Shown here: positions 24,853 through 37,194 of the stretch, one piece after another
How positions within the stretch are numbered: position 1 is the first letter of the stretch
How the letters are laid out: the number at the start of each line of letters is the position of its first letter
Origin: Trichoplax adhaerens
Taxonomy: Eukaryota > Animalia > Placozoa
Length of the DNA stretch: 64,000 nt
Direction of reading: 5' to 3'
Assembly (NCBI RefSeq): GCF_000150275.1
Contig: NW_002060969.1
Coordinates: 186,001-250,000 of the forward strand
Position numbers and translations under genes: made by a program
The notes under the pieces: model-generated
The model's input: only the letters and a program-made list of their open reading frames with translations
Told to the model about the DNA's origin: nothing
Database searches by the model: none

Positions 24853-27800
24853 ATGAGCCAATACTATAAGCGCGATAGCGGTGGGTAAGTCAAAAATTCA
24901 ACCACAATAACGATTTGTGAATAGTACATATTCTTTTTCACTGACAGTTAATATAATCGGTATGGTATCTCACGGCTATACTATCATACTACAATATCCT
25001 ATATATGGTATACTGTATTTTGCTAACTGCAGTCCTAAGAAAAGTTTTGAATTCTTTTCGTTATTTAATTGAGGCCACCACCTTATCCAAATGCAAATGC
25101 TTGGGGTACCGCTCCTCCTGGAAGGTATCGTACTGTAAATCAATATGCAGCCTTATGCGTAAACTTTGGCTTAGTAAGCCTAAAGTAGACGAGGAATATC
25201 TGTTATACAATAACTTTCGGGACTATATGATTTTGACTGAAATAATAAAAGAATTTCTGAGTTGATATAATTATCTCGAGATTTGATCTAAAAATTATCA
25301 CTATAGTCTTGATATGTCACGAATTAATCAAGCGATTTTACCACAGCGTTCCTGAGGAGGAGACGTTATCTAATCCACAAAGCGTCCGTGAGCAGAAAGT
25401 CAACCGGCAGGTAAATAATCATAATAAGAATTAGACATACAATTTAAGTACTAGAACGGCGCCTTCTAATGGTACTAAGATTTTGTTCAATGATAAGTCT
25501 AGTCGGAAAAATAAATTAGGGATTAGCTTATATCCTATGGTATATTGAAAGCTGTAATAAGTTTTATGTGTCTAATTAAATTCTGGTGCGATTAGTAATG
25601 TCAGATTAGCTTTACTATCGTTACACTCTCAGTTATAAGTTAAATATTAAAGTACTACTGCATATATGCTAGCATAGGTCATATAGTATTAAAAGGGTAT
25701 ATCATCGAATGAGATCATTAAACTGCTAAATCTAAGTTCACTACAGTAACTAGTTCCCATGTATTTTTGGAATCACTAATACGAATGTAACATCAATTCT
25801 GTGATGGAGTAGATTTCTTTGCTATCAGCTCTTATAATCAAGTTAAACAGTGTGAATTGATAGCTCTAAAGCAGTTTATATCACTCTATTACAAAACTAG
25901 GTAGTTACTGTAGTTACATTTAAATATATACAAATGTGGAATTCATACGACATATGACTTCGAACGTCACTTATATACCGCACAGCTATGGAGCATCGCT
26001 ATAGTGATTTCTGTTAAAACTGTTTTCCCAGTGTTTACGATAAGGCATTGCCGTGCAATATATATTAATTTTCTCCTTAGTACTACTGACAGAGATTTAT
26101 AATGAATTATCAATCCAAAATGTTAATCTCCGTTGTATTCTAAATTTATTCTAAATTTTTCTGTAGAGGTTTTTAAATAAATGCAGACCACAGTATATAT
26201 ATATACACAGGCACCTAAATCAACTGATATACTTAATAGAAGGCAATGGCACATAAATAAACAATTATTATTATGCTACTACAAAGCCTGCTAATGCTAT
26301 ATTAATATATTTCAAATTATACATATCACGTTCATAAGACAACCTCTTTAAGATGTACGAAAAATTTCTGTTTTCTACTAACCAATTTGGAAGATCTTTT
26401 ACTTAATTTAACATATAATACTATGAAACATGGAGACATAAAATACCATATGATATGTAATATTAATTAAATTTCGACTATCAACGTCCCAGCTAATATA
26501 AATTCATACATTGTATATATACATAATATGTATGTGTAATACAAAAATTTATTAAAGACAGGTTACTTTTACAGGGCATGTATGAATTCAGAATTTGAAC
26601 TCTACAGTTAACAAAACTTAATATGACAGTAATAAGATAGATTACGACTTTAAGAATTAATCTTACATACAAGAAATTCACATAAATAATAATTATTGAA
26701 ACAAACAGTATGTGATCTCAACAACTTACTTCTTTCGAGAATCTTTGCGCTAAATTTTTCGTCATGTTTTTATACTTTTACCTAATCTTTTAAAGTTAAA
26801 CATGATAACCGTTGTCATTATTACATTGTTATATAGAGAGAGCTATTGGAGGCCAGGCAGAAGGTGAAGCGTGTGCAAGCTGGTAAGACTATTGTGATGG
26901 AGGGTTCAAAGAGTCTGCGGACGTGGACTTCTTAGGCATTTTACAATAATGATACAAGGGGTTATTAGAAAAAAGAGATATTTATTGTAGAGAATAACTA
27001 GGTACAGTGTGGTAGTTACTGGTGGATCAGCGTATAAGCTGTCGTGAAGTAACGTGTGTAGATACTAACACTAACAAATGCAACTGAACAAATCTGAGGC
27101 AAAAATCATCAGTATTTACAGTTTTAGAGAGAGAACACATGTAGAGAATAGGATTGTAGAATTAGATACATCATATACCATAAACAGGCTATACAATAGT
27201 AAATAATTGTAGGAAATAGCGAAGACTGTAACTATTATTATCACAATACGTTTTTTGCGATCTATCTACGTTTATAAGATCACAGATTTCGTCAAGTACA
27301 AAGACATTAGTTTCAGGCCAATCTTAAATATATAATCAAATATCTCAGTTTGCAACTTTTTGGGAAATACTAATAGATACGAAGAATATAGTTATCAGTT
27401 TCATGGCTATAAATGTTGTCTCGGGTACCAAATATGATATGTATGTTACGCCTAAGTATTAATGCTATATTTCTTATGTAGAACTCATACTTTGTATAAA
27501 TTTTAAATAAAAGCTTAAATTTATATGATGGTTTATAATCTCAGCTACTAAAAACTAGAGGTTTTAGATAAATTATTTTATATTTAAGGCAAGATGCAGC
27601 TAAATGATCATCGCCCAACTTCGTCTAAATCAGGGAGAAGCATACCCCAAGTACCATCTTACAAAGATGCAGAAGGTAATATATAAAGGTAGCATAGAAC
27701 GTAGCGATCGCGTTACTATTCTTTCAGTTAAAGATTTGATAACATTACAGTATATCTTTCATTACCATAGATAAATTTCCAAATTGTTATCAGTATTTCA

Positions 27801-30800
27801 AAAGGCGGATCGGACAATTAATCATAGCACATAAATGATCTCCTAAAATACTTCATCACGTACAAGTTTCGCAGATTAATTGGAATAACCTCAAACTATA
27901 GGATTTCTAAACATTTCTAATTCTTTAGCCCTTGATTTATTTGTGACCTTATGATACAGTGCTTACATTAATAATAAACTTTTATAAAATGTTACATTAA
28001 CACAAAAATAATAGCCCAGAAGACTAGTGTTATACGGCAGTATACAGTAAATATATATATATATTAATTACAAAATATTACGATTTAATTATAATATCAA
28101 CAAAACACTATTTTAGTTACTAAAGTTGGCAAAATAACATTTATGGCTTACGTTTGATATAATACTGTAACTGAAATTAGATATTCTAGAATCCATTATT
28201 TTTCAAAGATGAGAAGTTATGCTTCGATTATAGTTATTATTTTAATCTGCAACAAAAATTCTAAACTGTTAAGATAAACTATACTGTAGTATAGCTGTAT
28301 AAGTACATCCATATAATTGATATTATTGCTCGTATAAAGAATACTTATTGAATACTTGGACAATTCGCTGAAATGCTTTACGTATGGCTCACATCTGAGG
28401 TTATAGATTTATGAAAGATCAGACATTCTTCTGGTTATTCGAATTCTACACCAATCGTGCACATCATCATATCTTAAATAGACGCACTTCCTGGTGTTAT
28501 TAGCTTAGCTTTGTAATTAATATTAGATAAGTCGATTATACTAACGTTATCAAATTGCCATCCTTATTCAGTTATATACATGCATACCGTACCTGCGATC
28601 TCTAGCATATTTTTACAATTCAGCTCTTGGCAGGATAGGTTTTGCTATGAATGCGAATCGTTTTTGTACAACTCTTTAGGATTAGAGTATACTTTTTTAA
28701 ATTTACTATATACCAATAATGTAAACTTAAATATACATACCTATAATATAACTACTACTGGATGAAGCTATAATAACCTGGATAACATAAGATACTAACG
28801 GAAGACACAAATTAAAACATAAAATTACGCGATATGCAGGTACCGAATATTTACAGATGGACAATGATGATAATTTTGCATCTTCCGCGACGAAAGTTAT
28901 GGACTTCAACAATAATAAAGAAAGCCCGTCATCTGCATCTGCAAAAGTAAACGATAAAATGCTATTGGTCGATTATGTGTAGTAATGTATAAATAAAATC
29001 TACTTTTCAATAGTAGTAGTATTTGCAGAATGATTTTTATAAACTTCAACAAAGTAACGTAACTGTAAATAATATTAGGCTGTATCGGAAACAGAACGTA
29101 AACTAGCAAATCTTGGCTTGCGGCATGAAATTAATTATGATGAAGACGAAGAAGATATCGAATCATCGGCTGTAATTCCTATCCAGGACAAATCTCAAGT
29201 TCCTACTCACAGATCTCCTCGTTCTTATCCATCAAAAGAGGTACTGTAATATTTTTGTGATATTTTATTTGAGCATGCAGTTTCATGCGATAAGGTTACA
29301 GTACTAAATGCTCTCTTATCTTACCTTACTCACGTCACACGTACAAATGCATAGCATTATCTGCATAGTTTTACCCGATATCTCTTGCTAATATCGGATT
29401 GTTGGTAAAATATAATTATCGTAATAATTTCCCCATTTTCAATTCCGTACCTGCCTATTGTTACACTATCGTATACATATTAATTTTCGTACATGTAATA
29501 GCATAACATCTCACTACATTTCACAGCAGGTACATTGAATACTAAATTTATCATTTCTTTACGATTAAATTTTTAGTTAGAATATATTATGGAAATTGTT
29601 TATTTCCTGATAAGATTAAATGTTTAATTGGCTTTAAAAACGTAATACGAGCAAATACTATTTTCCAATAAGGAATATTCACCCTCTGGATCCCCTGAGG
29701 ATTCATCGATATTTAATCTTGATATCGATAATATAGAAAAATTTATTCAAAGGTACATAAAATTAAAATCGTACGACCAAGATCAATTAGTAACAATGTA
29801 TCGAGAATGATTGCTAAATTACAATGACCTTAACGTTGTTAGCACTGCTCCACAAGATACTACAATAAAATGTAGGATTAGCAGAGATAAAAAAGGGGTG
29901 GATCGGGGAATCTATCCTACTTATTATCTCCACCTGGAAAGAGAGGATGGTAAAAAGGTAAAATCTAAAATCATCTAATCCTTAGTGTATAATCTTAATG
30001 TATTAGGTAATAACTGAATTACTGTTCTTAGATTTTCCTTATGGCAGGTCGCAAACGAAAGAAAAGTAAAACTTCGAACTATTTGATATCGAATGATGCT
30101 ACTGATCTTTCCAGAAATGGAGAAAGCTTTGTTGGTAAACTAAGGTAATGCAATAGTATGATCAGCATAATTGTACGATGATTTCGGCGGTTACTGAAAG
30201 GTCATAAACAATTTCTGGATTATAGATCAAATTTGATTGGAACTCGTTTTACAGTATACGATAATGGTATAAATCCTGCGAAAGGTTCAGTTGGCATTGA
30301 CGGAAGTAGTAATAGAGAAGAGCTCGCCGCCATAATATACGTGAGAACCATCACTTTTACGGAGTTATCAAGTACGATGTACACCTACCTTGCGTCTTCT
30401 TTTTAATTTATTCAAAGGATACCAATGTTCTTGGTTTCAAAGGACCTAGAAAAATGACAATTCTTATCCCTGGGATGGATGCAAATCAGGAAAGAGTGGC
30501 TGTTAGACCGAGAAATGTAAATATTTAAAGATTTGTGCTCTATTTGTGACTGATTTAATTTACTACAAAACCTTTGTAATTTCTTAGCTAATATGTATAA
30601 CTACGGCTGTATCTGGAACACGATAATACTAGTCCATCATACAGTAATTTGTCAGTGATTTGGTATAAAACATGCCCAGTAAATAAACATCTTATAGGAG
30701 CTTTTAAACGTGTCCTGTTTTTTTGAATCGTCATCAACATTACACTGTGCAACTCTTTCTTAGGCTAATGAAACATTATTAGAGAGATGGAAAAGTGGTA

Positions 30801-31320
30801 GAATGGATAATTTATTAGAACTGCACAATAAAGCACCTGAATGGAACGATAGTAAGACACTTATTTTGGAATTTATATCTAACAATCCATCAGTCCATAT
30901 TGCTAAATTAAAGTCAAGTTGATATAATTTTATTGTAAAATTATACATGTTATCCAGAAATAGTATCACTATTTGTAATTCGTGTTTAATTTTAGATACC
31001 CAATCATATGTTCTTAACTTTCACGGGAGAGTAACTCAAGCATCAGTAAAGAATTTTCAAGTTGTTCATGATAATGATGGTAAGAATAAATTGTATCTTT
31101 CATGTACTAGTTTATTGATTGATATGCAGGATTAATAGCAGCAGACTCCGCAAACTTTAAGTATTTATATTCATTGAACTTTGCAGTTGATTACATCATA
31201 ATGCAGTTCGGTCGGGTATCAGAAGATGCTTTCACTATGGACTACAAATATCCGTTATCGGCATTGCAAGCTTTTGCTATTAGCTTAAGCAGTTTTGATG
31301 GAAAATTGGCTTGTGAATGA
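24853..31320 (+). CDS. TUB: Tubby / tubby-like protein (TUB/TULP family), multi-exon
   Basis: N-terminal TUB-type helix 'VREQKVNRQ|[12 protein letters not shown]' (exons 25347-25410 and 26837-26882). Tubby domain '[30 protein letters not shown]|[20 protein letters not shown]', '[11 protein letters not shown]', '[16 protein letters not shown]', ending '[16 protein letters not shown]' (TGA 31318-31320). Confidence 0.95.
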
Positions 31321-33914
31321 TGTTTTCTCTGCCATAATTTAAGATTCTAGAGATATTCGTACAGTTATCTGTTTGCATGTGTAATGTAGTATTGTTTTAC
31401 TATCTCAAGTTACTTTATTCAAGTAAATTGGCGGCTAAATTGAAAATAATAACATTCTTATAACTTAGAGGTATAAAAAAGTGATATTAAAGAAAGATCA
31501 TATCGTTACTAGACTGTAGATCATAAACCAGCCATTATCCCTGTGCGTAGATTCACCATTTACTAAATGGCGACCTATTATCACGGTACTCGTGTAATGA
31601 CTTTAACAGTTTTCATTTTAACACTAACAATATATAGGAGCATTCAAAACTGTTCTCTAAATAATTATAATGATTACAAATATCCTTAATAAAACTGTAA
31701 CTGCCTTAATGTATCATATACGGTTTTATATTTATCCACATTTTAATGGATTATGTAGTATCATTTCCCTTTCCGGTTACTGCGTTATGCTCTGCATTCC
31801 TACTGTTTACTTATTTATTTACTGTGGTATTTATTAATAACTAGTACTAGTTTAAAGTTTTAATCAATTTCTAAATCAAGCTGACGTTTCATGTTGATAG
31901 CAAACTTACCTACATTACTGTCTAGCGATATGCTTTTCAGTACCACAACTTTTAACTGCAACACTGTACAGACGCAGTATAAATTTACGGTAATTCGATA
32001 ACACTACTAGCCCGGAATGGCAGGACCTCTAGTGTAGTTTTGAGAATCAAGCTACAGTAAGGATCACGATCATCGTTCGTACCAGTGATGTATAACGTGT
32101 GTGTAAGTTATCTTAAATATTCGTATGTTTTTGTAGATGAAATGTTTAAGAATTTTTCTCTTAAAAGTCCCTGCCGTATCACATCTCGTGCATGTGGCAG
32201 CCAGATTTTCTTGCTGTCATGCAAATATTAATGGTAGCCAGCCAATAAATGCAGAACACATTCCTGATATCAGAGATTATTCAACCAATAGTAAAACATT
32301 TCTTGTTGTCATGAAATTATCCCCCTAGTGTTCCGCAATTACAGTAGCACAAGTATCACTGTCTACAGCATAAATATAAGCAGTAACGTCGTATGGTACG
32401 CTGAATCACCAAATATTCCTGTTTGCAGGTCTTCATCTCGAAGCACTTTAATAAGTCATTCTTGATTATTCTAAACAATCGTAACCTATACTCATGTCAT
32501 TAAACAAAGAACATTACAGTACCGAAATTATATCAAATACACATTTTCACAAAATGATCACCTTCATGGTTATACTTATGTATAAGTATCTTCGTCAAAA
32601 TCCCGTTTTCCTCGTATACCGAACTCAACTAATATAAAACCTAACAGTTTCTCTCCATAACTAAAAATTTATCCAACTACTACTCACGATTGGTTTGTGT
32701 TGCCAGTAGGATAAAATAAACATTTAACCTATAACTAGGGTATCCGGGCGTATATTTACGCTCGTTGAAGATTGTCTAGTGCACCATCGCTCGTATTGTA
32801 CTCGCGTATCCTACTGATTTTTATTTTATGTACTCACATATTAGGGTACAACGTACTGTAGTGTACACTTCTTCTTGTAATATCATTTCGATTTTAAGTG
32901 AGTATATTGATCTTGAAGAATAGTTGTCTGCTTTTAAATTATTGATCATTTTTTGCAATAACATCATAAATTGAGATCCATAATTTTGGGTTACCCAACT
33001 ACATATTGCGGATAGCAGTCTATTACATAATTTTAATTTTAATTATATTAGTAAATGTTTCACAATGAGATATCCCAAGTGAGGGCAGCTTTGAATCATT
33101 ACAATTATAATAATTAATTTAATTTAATTTTTATACTATTAAACAACTACAAAGCTATTAATAAATTAGTGTAATATTTCTAGCCTTCCTTTTCTTTAAA
33201 GTTTCGATGAATTGATGTAAATTACGTTTTACCACCTTAGTAAAATGTTGATTAATTTTTTGTGGTAAGTTCTGATTTAGCTATTCATGGGTTCCTCACT
33301 ATCAAAGCTTAGGCATATCATAGCATTATCAACAACACAAGGAAATTGACACCGATACAATTTTCGCATATCGCGCCTCATTAAGCCACAGCCGATACCC
33401 TTTCACGTCAAAGACAGCTACTTCCACTTTACTAGGGCTGAGTAATTCTAGTAGCAGACCCTGATTCTTCTAGCCGTGATATAACAATTATTAAAAAAGA
33501 TCGCCATTTTTCGAATGTACGTGTATAACGACCACAACTTCGCTTGAGATATTTTAGATTGCATGGTATCTTTACCAAATTTTCATCTGAATTAATCCAA
33601 TTTCTATTCCAACTCTTTTAACATTCTACAGAAGCAGCGATTTTCATTAACGCAACATTTCAATATTCTATTTATATCTCTTCAAATAGAATATACAATG
33701 AACGGTGAATGTCCTTAAAAATGATATAATTTCGCTCGCTGTAGTAACGTTCAATGCAAGCTTTTCATTTTTTGTTAGATTAGTTGACCTTATCGTAACT
33801 TTTAGTAATTTTATAAGATCATGCGTAAAATATGGTATAGCCCATCTCTTAACACGTACTGTTCTTGTGTATTATAAAACTTAAATCCGAATTTACGCTA
33901 CTGTATCACAATTA

Positions 33915-35880
33915 TTATAAATATTCGGAATTTCTGGTATCTGTGAAGCTTGCATCAGGATGATGCTTAAGGAATAATTTTAAAAAGATTTCTTTTCGCT
34001 TCATTGGAACAGAATTATCATTGATGACACTTGACAGAAGTTTACGAAGTGATTCCTACAAATCAAAATTATAAATTAATATATTGATGTTTTAACTTAA
34101 AATGCAACGTGCAAACTGCTGACATGCATATCAGCATCCTGTATATAAACGAGTAAATTGGGAATGTATCCATTCTTGCCTTAGTGCAGGCACTTGCTTC
34201 ACTTTGATACTGATCTACAGACTGTCTAAAACAAAAAACTTGGCCACGATAACCGTCTTGAACTTCAATTGGCTTGAATTCAATCTCTTGACAGTTGATA
34301 ATCATGAACTTTACTAGCTCATCGATTTTTATGCTCTAGCCACATACGGTTTAGAAAACGTGCTGTAATTAGTTTTTCAAGGGTAAAATGATAACATTGT
34401 CTTGTATTGTAAGATATGCTATTTTATACGCTAGAAATAATATGTATACATGCTTGAATACAATACTATCCTTACCTCAAATTTCTTGATCATGCAGTTG
34501 CTAAAATTTTGATAAACAAACTGCGCTTCAATGTTTACTCCCAGCGTTTTGTAAGTTATTGTATGATTAATGAACCGTAACAATTTCGAAAGCAGTATTT
34601 TGTAACTTGGAGGGAGGAGAAACAAGAGAAATTGTAATGCTCTACAGGCTCTCGTACTTTTACCCATCTTAATTAAATCCTCTATGGAATTGTAGATTAC
34701 CGTTAAACTAGGTGGAAGCAAAGGCTGAGACAAGGAATCATATCGTCTTAAAACAGCATAAAATAGTTCTTTCCTCGCTTCCTAAATTAAACAATACATA
34801 ATGGCATGCGTCAAATAAATACTAGCACTGTATGTACTGAATAGCCAGCTTTAAGGTTAATAAAAAAACTAAACTAGAAGATACAAACTAAAATATGTTT
34901 TGCAACTTCTGTACAACTCCTAAATTAAGGTAGGCATGAGATCTTCAATCTCAGGTTTGTGTTTTGACGTAGATAGATGTAGATGTACTGTACTGTAGTT
35001 ACGCCTACGTTATTGTACTGTACGTTGTGTTCAGTGAATTGCTAGGTATAATTAATTACTGTAAGTCTAGTCATGTTACAACACGTACGCATACATTCGA
35101 TAATGAAAACTGGTCAGGTCTTACATGAGCTGAATTTTTAGTAAAACTTCCTTCTTCTTCAGGCCATGGCTTGTTGAGGCAGTTGAATGCTAACGCTACC
35201 CAAGTTTTATCAGTATCCGATTGACAGTGATATATCTCAGAATAGTTCTGCTTGCTTATGATGGCCAAAAAGGATTGAAAGTCATCGCCATCACAGTTAC
35301 TTTGATCTAACGAAAGAGTAGACATTGTATCTCGAAATTTCATAACGTCTTCTAAGAAAGGAATTTCTATGAGTTGCAGTAACCGGCGTAAAGCGATTTC
35401 TCTTGTCATACTTTTTATTCCCATTTCGTAACTACTACCCCCAGTGATGTCAGAAATTTTCGATGTAGCACTGCGAGTGTGAGCTTTCTTTGATCCGTCG
35501 GCAGCACGAAGGATCTTAACCAAATTGTAGTCTTTTAGCTTTGTATCACTATTTTTCCGGTTGACTAAGCAATATGTACTATTTTTTGTCCTAAATTTTG
35601 CTAACTTAGAATCGAGGCGAATAAGAACATTTCTATCTATTAAATATTGACCTAACTTGCATAACTGAGCATGTTGTAGTTGCTTGTCCTTTTCCTTTGC
35701 AAAGGAAGCTAAGACCCGCAAAAGCTCTTTACCAGTAAAGGAATTCTGGAATCCTTTTTTTTTGTAAGACTTGTTTGGAATCGGTAGATTCTCATTCAGG
35801 TAATTGATAATATCATTCCACATAACGGTTGCTTTAAATTGTTGTCTCTCATGTCCATGCTGATCCTTATACCCGCTCAT
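33915..35880 (-). CDS. DEPDC7: DEP domain protein with degenerate RhoGAP-like domain (DEPDC7/DEPDC4-like), 4 exons
   Basis: Encodes 'FKATVMWNDIINYL...FQNSFTGKE' (DEP), 'IALRRLLQLIEIPFLEDVM', 'LFYAVLRRY..QPLL...ALQFLLFLLPP', and C-terminal 'ESLRKLLSSVINDNSVPMKRKEIFLKLFLKHHPD'. Exons at ~35095-35880, 34476-34782, 34180-~34335 and 33915-34035. Confidence 0.8.
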
Positions 35881-36029
35881 CTCCCTTTGACTACTTCAAC
35901 GAAATCCTTGTTTAAATAACGCTATTAGACAAGATTAATAATAAAATTATGGATCAACTTGATCCGAAATTATTTCCACTCTTACATTGCTTACTTGCCC
36001 TACAACAAGTACGGTATTTACAACTCAGC

Positions 36030-36920
36030 CGTTCAGTACAGTACTGTATTGTACAGTTAAAAAAACCGCCGGAAAACTTTCGTTACTGTATCAGTAAGTC
36101 TAACCGTCACGCATAACTTGAGATAATTAACTGTACTGTACAGTAAGTTAAGTTAAGTTAATCGTACTGTACTGTACACTGTACAGTACAATACGAGTCA
36201 AAGATGTACTGTACTGTACAGTGTACAGTACTGTACTGTTGAGAGATTTTATTAGGACTACTAAGTAAAAGTACTGTACAGTATTGTAGTACTGTACCGT
36301 GCATTTGTACAGCAGACAGTACACGGTACGGTATAAAGTTACTGAACCTCTGTTAAATGAGCACATTATCGTAAACCGTCAGTAAAGCGACGGGAGTTTG
36401 CACTAGTAATAATATAATTTTCGTAGGTAAGAAACGCGTAGTGCACATTTTTCTCTCTCTTTTGGTAATGATGATCATTACTGTAGCCATAAAAGGTGAT
36501 CTAGCGTACTATAGTGTACATACTTAGACATCAATTATGAGCCAGAGCGTACTGTACTGTACTGTAGACTACTAAGTCTATGGTAGTGTACTGTACTGTA
36601 CAGTAAAATACAGTATTGTACTGTACATTATACAGTACAGTACTGTAATTACAAGATACCGGACTCTACAGTACTGTACAGTACAGTACTGTACTGTAGA
36701 CTGTACTGTAGACTGGACATACCGTACACAGTACAATACAGTACAGTGCGTACTGTAGTCGCCAACTTTCCTAACCTCCCCTCCCATGACGGTGGATTTT
36801 ACTGTACGTTACCGTGTACGTCAGCCGTCGTCAGGCCACTGGCTCGGCTGCAAGAGAATCTACGCTGCGCTATGCCTCTAGCCATACTACTGTACAGTAC
36901 AGTACTGTACAGTATACAGT
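36030..36920. repeat. (TACAG)n/(CTGTA)n palindromic array in the DEPDC7/ARHGAP1 divergent promoter
   Basis: Tracts at 36030-36330, 36545-36760 and 36885-36920, with a C-rich box at 36775-36785. Confidence 0.9.
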
Positions 36921-37194
36921 ATTATTTTATTTATTTATTTATTTTTATCGTGCGGAGACAGAAGAACGACTACAGTACATTTTACTATTCAATAGCGGCT
37001 CACATCTGGATAAAAATTTTCTTAAACTTGTAAACTTGGTCTAAGTAGCCTGTGTTGACAACTAAAAGAGACTAATTTTTGAAACTATATACCATATGAG
37101 TACATTAATTTATCCAGCACAGTGTTGTTAAGGTACTGCAAAGCAACGCTACCTGGATGTTCCTGGAAACGAATTTAGAGTGAAAATTTTTGCC

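Noticed and set aside
33560-33850. Minus-strand peptide 'DLIKLLKVTIRSTNLTKNEK' loosely like the DEPDC C-terminus
   Set aside because: It lies downstream of the DEPDC7-like stop, is short, and lacks convincing splice support.
11755-36920. CRISPR-like interpretation of the repeat arrays
   Set aside because: The DNA is eukaryotic, there is no constant repeat with unique regular spacers, and no cas genes are present.
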